From Marsupella aquatica (lineage: Eukaryota > Plantae > Marchantiophyta): a stretch of 64,000 bases of DNA. Positions within the stretch are counted from its first letter, which is position 1, and every line of letters begins with the position of its first letter. Shown in pieces: positions 46,891 through 61,779 of the stretch. A program made the translations under genes and the position numbers. The stretch lies in contig OZ316895.1 of assembly GCA_973895155.1 (NCBI GenBank), positions 3,707,659-3,771,658 of the forward strand, in the 5' to 3' direction. The notes beneath the pieces are model-generated. The model ran no database searches. It saw only the letters and a program-made list of their open reading frames with translations, and was not told the DNA's origin.

Positions 46891-48215
46891 TGACATGATG
46901 CGGGGCCCTTCTGTTTCAAATATAGCTTCCCGTCTTTGAGGCGTCCATCGATGAGCTCAACAGACTAAGGTTGTAGCAGCACCTTCTCTTGAAGGTAAGG
47001 GCAAGCCTTGCATGGTTGTAGTCATTGAGAGCTTCCAGTGTGGATTTACACTTCTTCAAATTAGTTATGCAAATAATCTCCGTGGTCCGACCGCAAAAGT
47101 TTTAGGAAGATGCTCGGATGTATCACAAATTTCACTCGGATGGACCATAACAACCTGAATGTATCGTTTTCAAACCTTGCTTTGAACACTAATACTTAAT
47201 GGAGATCAAAACTGGCTAAACTCACCCGAGGTGCATAGTTACACATCACAGTTCATCGGAGCATCATTTTGAGAACAACCTCTTCCGAGGCAAAGAATTC
47301 TGGCTCTTCAGCTGCAGGCCCCAAGTCTTTTTCCTCATTGCGCTTCCAAATTTGTCCACAACTGTCAAGTAGAATTTTGTAGTTCGCTGACGGGGCTGTT
47401 GTCGTAGCATCACTATCCTGAATTCCGAAAGATAATTCTGTGATAAGCTATGCAATTTACGAGAGTAGTTTTTATCTGGAATAAAAATTCAGATGGAAGA
47501 GCGTTCCTCTCGATGTGACAACGTTCCATTCGTGACAATGTGCTTGAAGAAACTAAGCAATAATCGTCTGTACATTAATCAATGTAACGGTTGACTCTGA
47601 AGTTTCCTTCATAAACTATAACACGGCAATAATTTGCAATTTAGCGTAGATTCACGCAGTATCGTCACTGACCAGTGTTCATTCCACAAAAGGATGAACC
47701 AGCTTGTACCTTCAAATGGGCAAGAAGAATTTTACATATGTTAGAAGTGGACGCGATCACGGCTCTGACGTAGTTGCAAGTTCAGGTGATCTTGACTCAT
47801 TCATAGTCATGATCGTTTTCGAAAGATCAATGCCGCCTGACGTTTAATGCATATGGCTGACTCTAGTATGGCCCGCATAGGCAGTTCTATCTTGTGCTCC
47901 CATCCCACTGTCTGTACAGATGTGGGAAACAAACCACGGCAAAAATTTGTGATGCTTTTTAGCTGCTCTTCAAGATTTTATATAATGTGAAAGCGTAGAA
48001 AATGCGAGATTCGACAGGAGCTGGACGGCAGTGCGCGGGTTGGTCGATTTAAGTGAGCTTAGGTAATTCGAAAGACTATCCGCCTACTCTCCCTCCAGGT
48101 TTCATCGAATCCTGCTTTGCATCAAATGTTTACAACTCATCTCCCGAATTACTTAACCATTCTGTTCAGCAGAGGACACCTGATGCCAAACTAGTAGACA
48201 AAATGGTTGATATCT

Positions 48216-50277
48216 TTATAAGCTGATATCATTTCTGTCGCATGTGCAGGGTAAAGAATTGGAGGGAGCAAGTGTTGACAACTCTCTCCTTTGACGAAAG
48301 CTCTTAAGAACATCTTTGGTCCATTCTGCCAAATGCGTTGCATTGTGACCGACCTCCAGGTCTTTGTGAAAGAGAAAACATTTCAACGTTTCTGAGGTCG
48401 GGTATGGGCAATCGGGGCCTTCTGGATCACGCCAAACTCCTTCGTAGCGAAGGTTAGCCCAAGATGCAAGCCAGGAGTAGATGTATTGCCCTATTCCTGC
48501 AAACTCGAACCAGCCTTTGGGAATGAGCTCCATGACCGAGCTACCTTTGGACATGAACATCATGTTGGTCATCTGCGCCCCATGAGTCGTCACTAGCACA
48601 TCCGTTCTGCTCATTAGACCCACCTGCAATCACACCCAGAGCGTTCTTCTGTCAGATCCAACAGGAATGTCATGTTTTCCTCAGAAGTCATTAATGACCT
48701 AAATGGGTGAACATCGTTAGCTTCGGTGTCCAGGCCCATTAATCTGAAGATACGGGAGGCAACTGAAAGCCAATCAGATCTGAGAAACTTAGGAGCACAA
48801 GTTGTGAACGGCAGCTCAAAGCTCGGACTGACCTCTAACGAGTTCCCTGATTTATCTGAAACTGTGAGAAGTTCAGCTATCCTAATCCCATTGGGTAAAC
48901 GAGAGGAGCTAGGGTCATGGATCGTGATGAATGGCCTTTTACAAATAATTCGTGAAGTCATCACGCAACAGGGGATTTCATAGTCCGAAAAGGGTGAGAC
49001 GTACGAACCTGCTCGCAGAAGCTCAGATTTGAGGCATTGGCAACCTCCAGATGGCAATTGCCAACCTCCTCACAAACTTCATCGACGACTCTTGACACTT
49101 CGGATGCATTCTTGAAAGCTCTGGCCCCAGATCTGAGGAGAAGTGTGACGTGCGTGGAGTGGCTGTTGGCAGCCTCTGGCATCACTACTCCACAAAACTT
49201 TCTGGACCGACAGCGGATGGCATCATACATGGAATTCATGTTCTCGTCGGACAATTTCCCTAGCCCTCGTCGATTGACAATTGCACGCTCCAAGCACACA
49301 AAGGGCCTCTCACTTCCCGTCGGCTCTAACCTTACCACCTCCAGTTTTCTACCAAACGATGCATGGAGCACACTGTCCATCCATGCGCCCATGGAAGTCA
49401 CATGCTCACCCCAGTGATAGAGCAGAAGTCGCTGTGGCACTGCACAACCATTCCTTGCCCCCCAGGACACAAATCCTATTAGAGCAGACATTGCATGCCA
49501 GATATTGTTATAATCCCAGTAATTGTCTGCCACGAAAGTGAGACCTGGCAAGAGTGTGGCTCCAGGAGGTAAGTACCCATTCCACGCAAATCCATACTTG
49601 TTTTGAGTCCCATCGCTGTGGTTGTTCCCCATCAGGCAGAGGAGTCTCCCATTAGAGAGTTCCGAAGGGAACTCCAACTCCTCAGGAACTCCGGAGATGC
49701 TCTTGGGCCTGTGAATGGAGCTCATAAACCAAGTGGTATCCTTATCCGTCAGACCAGACTCCCTTGTGTCCTTCAACTCCAGAAGCACAGTAGATTTCCT
49801 AATTAAGGCATTCACCGTCTCAACCTCTTTCAGCAGGGCTCGAGTGCTCTCTCCGTCCTCCTTAGTTTGACAGGGCTCTTGTTGTCCGTCTCGAGCAGGC
49901 ACAACCGAGGGTTGGAGTGACGGGAAGGTCTCCTGCAGTTTCACGAGACACCCTCCACTTAGCGGTTTACTTCTCGTCTCCCCAATCCCATCATAACCGA
50001 AGCTTGAATTACAAACAGTGAATAGTTCCCTCAGAAGACGCAAATCTTGGTTATTGTCAACTCCATCATCATCCTCTGGAGAAAACCGAGATTTCATCAG
50101 CATGGCCCTGAGGGTCTTCTTAGATGCATGAGAGTATGAGCGATCATAAGACCATGTCTGTTCGTAGGTCCAGAACTGGAACAATACGAGGCAGATTACA
50201 CCGAAGATTACCCAAACGAGAAAACTCCGCCCTCTGGCGCTTGAGCGCCCTCCTCCAGCTACCTTTTGCACGGCCAT
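48216..50277 (-). CDS. Glycosyltransferase family 61 protein, 2 exons (50277-49009, 48623-48216)
   Basis: N-terminal TM anchor, DYNNIWHAMSAL, LLLRSGARAFKN, LSFCEQ|VGLMSRTDVLVTTHGAQMTNMMFM, GT-AG intron. Confidence 0.9.
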
Positions 50278-51709
50278 GCTTGACTGCAAAAGTAAGAACC
50301 GAAGGAAGGAGCTTGTCTTTGACAACGCTCAACTTTTCGTGAGACCTGTCAATGTCTCGCAGTGCCACAGCTCTCCTCCGACTTCATTGACATCAAGAAG
50401 AGAGGAAACCTTGAAGAGGCTTGATCCTTGATCAGGAATCGGCCGAATTATTTCCAGCTGACGTAAATGCAGAACAGAACGTATGTGTTGTCAGCACGAG
50501 TGAACGAGCAGAGCACTACTAATAATGATGGAGACACGTCGAACAAAAAAGTGTCTTCAACAGCTCCAGCAGCCCCATCAAGCGAAATCCAAGCAAAAAA
50601 TCCCCGATTCAAGATGTCAGAAATCAGGCCATCTGCTCGCCCCTACATCAGAAAGCAGGAGAGTGTCACTTCCGAATAACCATCTTCAGCAATGATCAAT
50701 CGAGAGACCTCCAATTTGTCAATTCGTCTGCAGGGCTGGACCTCAGAATTTTAGACTGCGGGTTTCAAGTGACCAATTGATAAGGTTTCTGCCTTAAATA
50801 AAAAGGTCGCCCAATCAACCCTCAAACAAGCATGCCGGGCAGCTCTCTCTTGTCCCTCGCGGTGAATATTAATAATCCAGACGTGAAGCAGAAAACATAT
50901 TCTGAGCAACTCTTCATCCATAGCCCCTCATCACCTCACTTCCCTCGTGCCTGCCCTCCCTTCAGTTGCCACAGACTCTCAGCGGAACCATAGGCGGGGA
51001 ATTCGATCCTCATCATCAACTTCCCTCCCAGCAAATCCTCTGTCTGCTCAAGGAAAACGATAAAACGCTCCCATCCTCACAAAGGAAAGAAAAGCACCAT
51101 TTGCAAAAAGGACAGAGAGCCAGGATGGTGATCGGCGGGCAGATCGTGTCTAATACGCACAGAATTGAACAGAATTACACACGGTCGAGGAGCTGCCACA
51201 AGTTCTCGCCCTCCTCGCTCCCACGAAAAGTCTTCCATTGTCAACACTTCGCCGCAGTACAGGATGAGCTGCTACTGCTCCATTCGATTACCGTGAGCAA
51301 GAAAGGGAAAACCAAATCGGAATGATGCCAAAAACCTTCAGTGCATCGCAGCAGGACGGTATGCCCGCACGAGAGAGATCATTTCATCATTCGCTCGACG
51401 TCGTGCTGGTCCCGTGGAGGTCGTCCTTCGAAGATGACCATTACTGTGCGCAATTAATGTGCGCGCCGCCGTCCTTCCACGGAAATTGGAAATTGGAAGT
51501 TGGAAGTTGGAGATCGTGGCATGAGGATTGAGGAGCTTTCGGTAGTGATGGCCGTGCGAGGATTTGCACGAGCGAATGCTCTCATTGAAGTGACACCGAA
51601 AGACCCAACTCGATGAAACGCAACGAAGACTCTTTCTTTCTTTCGTTCGTTCTGCTGCTGTGAATTTCTTCCGACCCTCGATTCTTCTTCCTCTTGGTTA
51701 TTGATAAAC

Positions 51710-52107
51710 GAGCTTTTTAAGTACTTTGCCATTGAAATTCCATGTTTATCTCCAACATTGGAGGTATTTGCTTGATAACACCCAAAATGAAACTTGTTAC
51801 TTGATAACCCCCTGAGGTCTATCAACGGTCCAGAACTGAGATCTAAAGGTCCATTAATGGTCAGGATAGGGGAAAAGCATGGAGGGGGTTGATTAAGCAA
51901 ACGTTTTCAAGAAGGGGGTCTACTAAGCATATCTCTCCCAACATGATAAAAAGAGACTTTGCCATTGAAATTACATGTTTATCTCCAACATTGATAAAAA
52001 GAGCTTATTAAGTACATTGCCATTGAAATTCCATGTTTATCTCCAACATTGATAAAAAGAGCTTTTCTAAGTACTTTGCCATTGAAATTCCATGGTTATC
52101 TCCAACA
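51710..52107. repeat. ~58-60-bp repeat x4 with a ~170-bp imperfect inverted-repeat insert after the first copy
   Basis: gagctttttaagtactttgccattgaaattccatgtttatctccaaca at ~51710, 51950, 52000 and 52060. Confidence 0.75.
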
Positions 52108-52149
52108 GCTTATTCTCGAAGGGTGCCACTGCATTTTATGTGGAGTGAT

Positions 52150-53900
52150 TCTTCATGCAGATGCTGGTGAGCTGACTCCCCAATTTAGTGACAGTAGTGG
52201 TTTGAGGGAATTGCAGATTTCTGGTATGCGACCCTGCCTCCAGTATTTTTGGTCCCGGAAACCTCCAGGAAACAGCTAGTTTGAGATGCCCTAATAACCT
52301 AATGCCCTGGATGCATGGGTTGTAGAGAAGGTGTCAAAGCAAGATAATGAATGGAGGTTTGTCAAGGAAATTGTTTAGACCTTTAATGTGGCCTTGCAAT
52401 CATAGAATTGCTGCCACCATGTTGTCAAAGCCAAAGTGTTATCAAAATTGAGTGCACAATGCCTAGTGAAGGCGAAGTATGGAGCGATTTTGAGTCATGC
52501 AGGGTGAGGCATGGAAGGTGAGTTGAGGTGTAGAGGTTTATGGGTAAACAGTTTATCACCGAAGCGCCAGGATTTCTTATTGCATAGGTGACAATTTGTA
52601 AAACAATGATTGACCAGATGGGCAAAATTGGATATTACAGTGTGTAGATAGTGATTGAAAAATTGAAAAAATATTAATGGATGGAGTTTTCCTGCTTGCA
52701 AACTAGTTAGCCCTCTTCCTTCTTTGGAGAAAGGGGCCCGGAAAGGGGAAAGTCTCTATTTTTCCTGGCATGTGGTTCCTCTTTTTCTACCACTAAAAGT
52801 AGAACAATGAAACCTATTGGTAGGTAACTGGGTAAGCTACTGATGTTCTGGTTTGAAACTAAAACTAATTTGATTTAGGGTTAGTACAGAAATATGTTTT
52901 GATGTGTATCCCCATGATAACATTATCAGCCGGCCTGAAAGGTTCCACTCTTCAACCCAGGGCAGAGCATGCTTTCTTAGAATGTTACTGGCTGAGCATT
53001 TATATGGTCACTAGGTTTGTAAGACAAGGACAAGAAGGCCCATAGGAAGGGGTTCTCCCAGACGTTTCAAATAAATCACATGGTCCCTTTTAAGATTCGA
53101 GGTGAAGGGTCCCTAGAAGGTCATTATGACTCCCCCCACCCGCTACCTGCAGACTGCTGCCGGAACCACATGCAGTGATATTAAGTTAAATACCAGGAAT
53201 GAGGCCTTCACTCTCATCCAGCAGTGGTAGACCGCTTGAGTTGGGAGGTGGAGGTGCATAGTTTGATTCCTCTTGTGGGCGCAGTGCTTTTTACACAAAC
53301 CCCACTCAAAAGTGGGGTTCAGACAAAGCTTGTGACATTTAGATAAACATGTGGATTTTTTTGAGTTTAGCAGGCCGCCAACAGACAAGATGGGCAGGAG
53401 ACAATCCAAAAGCCATAAATGACTTTCCAAGTACTCGTCTCACTGAATCTTTTCAGTGTTTTTTGGACCGGGGATAGGACCTGAGGCCAGCTAAAGGGAA
53501 AGAGTATTATGCTCCATCTGAAATCTGAAATGAGCAATGAGCAACTGGGGGAAAAGGACTGGCTTAACTTGGTCCCAATGCTCATTCACAAGATGTGATG
53601 GTTCTCCTTGGTCTGTGGAGAATCTATTGGTTAAGATTGACATGTTGCATGAGATGTGACAGAAAATTCCCCTCCCCTGTTTGGAGAAGTTGAAAGTACA
53701 TAATGCTTGGATGGACCAAGTTACTGTTGAATTGAAATATATGGAATTTTTTTACAACAAAAGTGTTATGTGGGTACCACAGAAAGATTTTTACCCTCTA
53801 TCTGGGTATTTTGTCAAATGTTTAGGTACATGGGGACTTCAGATTCAGGTCTGCCAGTAGCTCTACTGTACTAGTAAAAAATCTCAGCAAAATCTCTCAA
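52150..53900 (+). mobile_element. Highly decayed LINE ORF2 3' region
   Basis: Frameshifted TCCMRCD...LF...KVHNAW at ~53640-53715 resembles the zinc-binding (zf-RVT-like) tail of LINE ORF2. Many stops. Confidence 0.3.
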
Positions 53901-56900
53901 TAGAAAAGATCTTATTCGGTCGAGAATGCTGAGTGGTTTTACAGATTATGTACCACGGTCTAACACATGGCTGGTCCCACAATTCTGGTAGTGAAATTGG
54001 GAGCGACTTTGTACTTTGGAGGTCACCCTTACCGACATCAAGAGTGGCGAGCCTAACTTATGAGCTTGATGACCTCTCAATCAAGTATCAGACACCATCC
54101 TAGAAATCGAATATCATGATTGAAAACAACATTAATGTGACAGCTCTCTACCTGAAACTAAGCCAGCTCTCCTCGCCCTCCCTACAGTACTTGAATGATC
54201 ACTCCTAACCACTGTGGAGCATCATTCTGATGAGATTCACGAGGTACTCTACAAGTGCGCATCAGTCGGACGATCAGTCGCAAGGAGACCTCCCAACCAG
54301 CTACCCCAAGTCAAGCAGGCCTGCACCGAATCTAGTCATCGTGAGGCAGAGCTAGCAAGACCTGCAGCCAGGCCAGAATGATTCGGTTGTGAACCTTTGG
54401 ACAATTGGAACCGAATTCCTTAGTCCTCTGTGAATAGATTGGAATCTAGGCAGATCAGAACAACTGAATCACGGGAAAGAGAAATACGCACTGACGAACA
54501 GGAGAGGTGCACCAGTAAATAGAAGAACGCATTGAAGAGAGTTTAGAGTTCAGAGATATAGATATAGATACAGGTGAAGCAGAGAATGACAGAAAAGATG
54601 ATATTTCATCATACACACACTGATGAATAGATGATAGTTTAGAAATATAGATGCCTATTAACAACAGAAGGTACGACAAACAATGTCGACATCCAAACCT
54701 CCAACATGAAGCTGGCTTGACATTGTTCAGGGCACTCACTTCATATTTCTTAGCTGCTTCCATGCATCAGAAATTGACCGAGCTTGAATCGTCATTTGAT
54801 TCTATCCTTTTTTAATAATATTGGCTCCCATGAAATGCTTTTGTTTGGTCATAAACGTAGCGGTAGGAATGCTTATATCTGAAACTAGATTCTAGAGTAA
54901 TCAAAACCAGATTTGTAATATATAAAATCAAAAAGTGACACATGTACTACACAAAGATTGTTTTCAGACCAGAGAGTATGCCATGAGAAAAAGTTATTTA
55001 GTACTGCAAGGTCATTACCATAAGCGAACATTAAGAAGCTAGTTGGGACATCTGAGCTGTTCAAAGTCCATACAGCAATCTGGACTCAGTTGACGCATTT
55101 TTCCCAATCAAATACATGTGAGAAATGCTCCATTAGATATAGGCTTGAAAAAGTTTTGCAAGAGTGAACTTGTTCATATTCTGACTGACATTTCAATATG
55201 AATTATGGCACTTCCGAATTACCAGTAGAGACTGGAGGAGTTCTAGGGGAACCCATTTCTATGGAACTTGTAAACATTCAACACAGTCTAAGTGAACGAA
55301 GAGCCACGCTGTTGTTGGGAAAAGTTATCTAGGAGAACGGTAGGCTTGGAAAGCTAGAGTTTGCACAATGCCTTCAGTACCTTCCAGTGTTGAACAACAG
55401 GGCTAGACGATGGGGATTGTGCTTTTGAGCCTGTAACACTTCATCGGTAGACCGGGTTTGTCAGAGTCACAGTCGAAGAGATTTTTGGAATATGTGATGC
55501 ACACTATTCCAAGGATACTCAAAGTTCAAAAACAGTTCCGCGTTCAGGGTTTTCCAATCACACAGCATTTGCCTAGCGGAAGTACCTTCAATGGTCCGGG
55601 AAACTTCTTGGGCTAGAGCAGTTTAGGGTTTAGGGCACTGCCTTGTTTATGGGACAAGGCTAAGGTGAGCTGCATCCCAAACATTATGGGACAAGCTTGT
55701 TTGGGATGCAGCTCACCCTAAACTGCATCCCAAACATAGATTACACACCTTGCGTAGCGAGGACAAATCTCGATCCCATTTTGAAAATTCAGACATCAGA
55801 ATTGAAGCAGCAAACGTGGATCACCAGTGACTCTAGGGTAAGACGGAAAGGCATAATTATCAAGCATTAACAGAATCAGACTGATCAGAATTGAAGAGAT
55901 GACGTGCACTAGTGTTCTGTTTGTTCCTCTGTTTTGGGTACTAGTTTCTCAGTCGTTGAGCTTGAGAAGTTCTCATTCAACTAACACTGTTGTTGGAGGA
56001 CGCACTCTCTCATCTCATCTCCGACTAGAAGTGTACTATGGGGCTCACGTACTGAAAAGCACGTACACCTCGCAAGATTCAGAAAAGGTCTGGGTCGTCA
56101 GATCTCAGGACAGACCAGAAATAATGGAGTACTGCTTTACAAGATCGAGCTACTCCCCATGATCGAGTCGCTTTACAGAATATCAAAGGGCTCTGAGCGC
56201 AGTAATTAAAGTACGTAACATAAAACAATTGACCTAGGGTATGTTACTGATGTTGGATTAGGCAGAGCTTTGAGTCTTTCATTACTAAAATATGACAAGT
56301 AGAGGCTAAGAGTTTCTGTCCTCCAGAATTTGTAAATAAAGTCCAGAAGTCCAAATGATACACTTCTACGTGACGTGTATCCATCGTTACATCGTCATCT
56401 CGAAGGGGCAATAGCTATAATAGCCTTTACTCCGTCTGACCGAGACCTTCTGAAACATCATCCTTGAAGCTCGTGCCTTAGAGTAAAGGACATGGTATTA
56501 TATATAATGCTTTCTATGAGGCTGCATTAATGAAAGGATTTTAAAGATAACAGCTAATGATCATACATTGCGAGTGGCCCGAGCTTGATACTACTATGCC
56601 TACTATTCCAGGAAAGAAGTGCACCCCAGACGAAGCGTCACTCAGATGAGGACCTGTGTCATCGTTTTCTCGATTGGTCCAAGGAAGTAGCTAATTGGGC
56701 TTTTATTCGCATGTACGTCGTGATCTCGATGACCCAGATGCTGATCTTTGACGACGTGCTACCATAGAGAGAGAAACATGGGCACCATATTCCCCATAAA
56801 TGAACAGAAATGCTGATCTCTCAAGTCGTGCATGTCTGCCATAGAGAGACATGGTGACCACTCAATAAATGAAGGGAAAGGTTTCAAAGGATCCAAGAGA

Positions 56901-58180
56901 CATGAGAAAAGTCTCAAGAACGATCTAAATAAAGGATTCATTTCGTTTCATAGTTCGATTGTTCATGTGTTTGACGGAAGATCTCCTGACCTAATGCCAA
57001 AGTTTGTCCCAAGTGGTAGTTGGTGCTTGAATAAGATTTCTTGATATCGATCTGGATCCTTTCCTCTCGTGCACTACTGAGACTTTACTGCGGGAATCTG
57101 AATGAAAAGTTCTACCATTCAGGTCGTCATGTAGAATTGGAAGCCACGGACCTATCAGATTGAAGCTCTACTGCTAAGAACTCTGGTTGTGCTAGAGTAG
57201 GAATGGACAGCAGCATCCCATTGTCAGAAGAGTAAATGTTTAGAATCAACTGAGACGCTGTCATGGGTTCACGTTATTGTGCTTGCATGTTGGCACTTGA
57301 TCATCTTTGTAAATCCTAATGCATAGGTTGCAACTATGTACTCCACCAGCAAAGCAGGATATGGTAAACGTCAAAGGTTTCCAGTGACGTTGTTCTCCAG
57401 TCGAAACAGATTTTTGACTCTGCAAAAGTTCCCGTACCGGCGAGCGTAGAGAGTCTAAAATTTGGTTCAACTCAACTCGAGGGATGTGTACAATACGTAC
57501 AATTCAATTCTTCAAAGCAAACTGTCGATCGTTCTTTCAATGTCATTTGAGTGCCATTTAATGGTTTGCAGCATTGCAAGAAGGACAAGATAGGATTCAG
57601 TCTCTTTAGTTCCAGCCTTTTAATGGGCTCATCAATGTGAAGGGAGGACGGACACTTAGTTGAAGTTTATGCGAAGTAGTTTGATGGAAGTTAGATGTCC
57701 ATTCGCGTCAAAGCGGCTTGTTACAGATGGTACCGGGATTTTAGTGCCCAAAGCTAGATTCGAGACGACGGATGGCAATGAATGCTTGGCAAAGGTGCAG
57801 TCAACACGGGAGGAATTAAGCAAGTACGTCATATTGAGCACAAGTCTTGCTTCAACAAACGCCTCATCTCGGACTTCCACCTACGCAATCTTTGAGGTGG
57901 AAGAAGCTGCTTAGTTTTCTTGAAGCTTTGAGCGTTTTTGAGCCTTCAACCTCTCGATCTAGCTCAATCACGTAGTCAACGACCCTCATTGTGCATTGGG
58001 TGCGCATCATATTCTGCGATACTCTGTCATTCATGGAATCTACGTGCCATGCTAATTTAGGAATTAAAGCAAATTAAGTTTTGGAAGAATTTGTGGGTTG
58101 AGGTGTTAGAGATAAACTGCCCCAGGCAGATGATTGCTACCATCCGTCACCGACCCTCGATGGTTGGTAGTAAGTTCCCT

Positions 58181-58508
58181 TGTAACTAAATATTCACTCT
58201 ATCTTTACCTTTAGATTTAGAGACTGCCACAGATTTACTTCTAGGCTATTATTCAGTGGGTTCGTTGCTGCTCTCGGGGTTCAACCTATGCATAGAACTG
58301 CCTTTCCTAATTACAAACTCATCGAACAGCTCATCGAACAGTTGATGTAACTAAATATTCACTCTATCATTACCTTTAGCTATATTTAGAGAACTGCTGC
58401 AGTTTTCCTTCTAGGCTATTATTCTGTGGCTTCGGCGATGCTCTCGGGGTTCAACATATGCATAGAACTGCCTTTCCTAAAATCACAAATTCATCAAACA
58501 GTTGATGA
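58181..58508. repeat. ~165-bp tandem duplication
   Basis: tgtaactaaatattcactctatc...aacagttgatg at 58181 and 58346. Confidence 0.85.
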
Positions 58509-59399
58509 AAAATATTCCATGCTTGCGGCTTTTTTCCGTCGAAATTTTCGTTGATAAGGCCATTTTCATTTATTTTTTTCGAAATGACTATTACAACGCG
58601 CACAACAGGTATGGCCTTTGGTTGGGTCAGTGATTCACTAAGTGGACAGGAGAATTCATCATTCGATCAAGCGTAATTTCCACGTCCACCCAATGATGCA
58701 AACTGTATCCAAAAGCTAGCAGGTCTTTAAGGGCTTCGTGGGCAGGAAGTTAAAGTCATTGAATAATTAGAATTCTGGCACCGACAACACTCAGGATTGA
58801 TTAAGCTTTTCCCTTCAGATCTAAGGAAGTGGCCCGGGAGGCACAACGTACGGGAGCCGCCATACAAAATATAAGAGAGATGTTATGCAACGCAGCATAC
58901 TGTCACATCAAAATCAAGGTAACAGTTTGTTCTGTTGCCCACCGATGATAGTGGCGAAAAACCCTCCTCTCTGCTTTAGCACATCAATCGTTCACATGGT
59001 AATATAGAAAGGGACTCACATTAAGCCTGTACAGATCTCAGAATGAATCTGCTATTAATACTGGAGGTGACTGGGTGGAAACAAAGTGATTAGTGTGGGT
59101 GCACATCTGAGTCGTACGTCCCTGATAATGTGCCAGTACGTTGAACGCCATGGACTTTGCCATCGATACTCAGCAGCATCAAAACTCGTTATCTGTTCTA
59201 GCCAACCGTTTGCTCCCAAGGAAATAGACTTTTTCATGTCTCAGGTGGCGGGTTCCAAAGAATGGGGGAGACAACCTCATTAATTCCGAGGAATTCAGGA
59301 TACCAAAGTAGCTTTTCGTTATCAGGGAAGTTTTCATACCATGTTCAAAAGCAACGTTCTGCAGATTGACAAATAATTCTGGCTGAAGCCGAATGATGT

Positions 59400-59983
59400 G
59401 CATCAATATTGCATCTTATGTTCAGGAGTGTCTCAGTAACGTGCTTACGGCCACAAATGTAGCACATCTTCGCTAAAACTAATCAAGGATCTATCGGGAT
59501 AGACTTTTCCACCCGACCCAAAGAAACCTTATAGAAGTATTCGAAAATTCTTTTAGCTGGTGAGCAGTGAAATCCCTCTCAATGATCTCAAACAACTGAC
59601 AGGCATGTTCTGAGTATGTACACCACATAAGAAATGTACTCACCACTCAGAGAACAGTGGACTGAGACCAAGGCGATTAGAGGAGTACGTAGCATCAATA
59701 TTGCATCTTATGTCCACGAGAGTGTCTCAGTAACGTGCTTACGGCCACAAATGTAGCAAATCTCCACAAAAACTAATCAAGGATCTATCGGGATAGACTT
59801 TTCCACCCGACCGAAAGAAACCTTATGGAAGTATTCGAAAATTCTTTTAGCTGGTGAGCAGTGCTATCCCTATCAATGATCCCAAACAACTGACAGGCAT
59901 GTTCTGAGTATGGGCACCACATAAGAAATGTACTCTCACCAGAGAACAGTGGATTGAGACCAAGGCGATTAGTGGAGTACGTA
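59400..59983. repeat. ~292-bp tandem duplication
   Basis: gcatcaatattgcatcttatgt...ggagtacgta at 59400 and 59692. Confidence 0.9.
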
Positions 59984-61779
59984 TGCTGTCTCGGTTTCAC
60001 TGTAACTGGACAGTGAGAGACATGTGTGGGAAGAGTGATGGACGAGGTGCACTGTCCATTATCTGAAAGCATTTGCTCTCTCAATCTTGCTGACTATAGG
60101 TTCAGGGAGAGCAGTCTGTCACAATTCCTGACTCGTCAGCCATGTCTGTACTGCAGAGTGACAAGAGGTTTGCAGTTCCACTTACAATTGATACATGATT
60201 ATCCTCTGTGTGCAGATGGAACATGTGCCTCGTCCATCTTCTCGTCACGTGATTACATATAGGGCCTACCAATTTTGTTTAATATTTTCTGCCTATCCTC
60301 TGTCCTAAACTCGCAAGATGTTGGATCATTCACATTCTCTGCAAGTGATGACTGGGACTCAGGAGTATTCCTTTTGTCTGAAGTTCGTCTTGACTCACTT
60401 TCAGGTCCATGAATGAAATCAAAAATGGACTTGAGTGGACCCTAATGATCTACTCAGGTGACCAGGGCATTTGGCTAGGATTGAATTTAAAGGCTTCACT
60501 TTCATTTCCCGGGTATCAGTATCATGCCACCTAACAAGATATTTTTCCTGGAGTAAGGAAAAAGTTTCCTTGCAATATAATTTTTTCCTGGCAAATATAA
60601 TTAGCTAACATTTTCTTGTATTTTGTGGGTTCCAAAGACCTTCACTTTTGTGTCATGTTTCAGAATACACAAATTTTGAATTCTTTTGGCTAGCAACAGT
60701 AGCAAACCATCCAGGACACTACAAATGTACTAGAAATCCAAACTTGGAGGCTAGCAGCCTTGCGGACGAAGGGGCTCCCAAGAGACTCCATGAATTCACA
60801 CTCAATTTGCAGATGGCTGTGGCTTGCTAGCATCTAACAAAACCCCTTAATTGGCCCAGTTCCTTTGATTGAGATGTTTTAGTTTTCCCACAAAGTCAGT
60901 GGACACATGGGCAAATAAGTGTGTGAAAACATATGACCCAATTCCAGTGTTAGGCTTGTGGTTCCCAAAGCCAAAGAAATCTCCTTCATACCCTCCAGAC
61001 TGAGGGCTTTGCCCTCTGTCTCTTGAGTCTTGTGCCCCTTGAAGCAACTCTAACTTTACCGCCTGTTCATGACTCTTATTGTTGAAAATGGAGGAAACCC
61101 CATCAGACTAACCCAAGTGGCATAACTGACCAGGAGACCCAACGATAATTAATCCGTGGACCCCCATCCTCATCCAAGGAATGTGTGTGTGATGAAGTGA
61201 AATTAATTCTCAGCAAGGAGGTAACCAATGGTTTTGAGTCTCTTGGTGGGTGCTTGTACAAAAGAGAACGCTCAAAAGACAAAGGAGATTGATCTGGTTG
61301 AGATGATCTCTCAGGTTTATCAAATGGAAGGTTGAATATAGAGGAATTGAGTTTTTTGACAGTTTTTGCTTACACAGGAGAAATCATGTTTCTACCATTC
61401 TTGATTGATCATTTGTGAGTTACATTGAGCATTACCGCCACAAGACAGACTGGATGACAACACTCAATTGTTGGTGAAAGAGCGCTTGTTGTTTCGATGG
61501 GAAGAATGCACAAAATGGACGAGCCATCATTTCATATGAAGGTTTTGTGGTTTTTTTATTTAAGATAGTTATGGTGAGGGGGAGACTAACGATTGTTTCT
61601 TCAACATAAAGGTTGCATTTGGCGTCAACCTATGTTCAGAGTGAGCTTCAGTTGAAGACTGGAGGGACACAAACAATTCAAGCCAGGAAGTAAGCATTGC
61701 AGACAAGTGATGGTGACATAATTGAATAAATCAATTTGCAATGGCTAAGTTTGTGACGGTGAGGAGATTGTGACATCTC

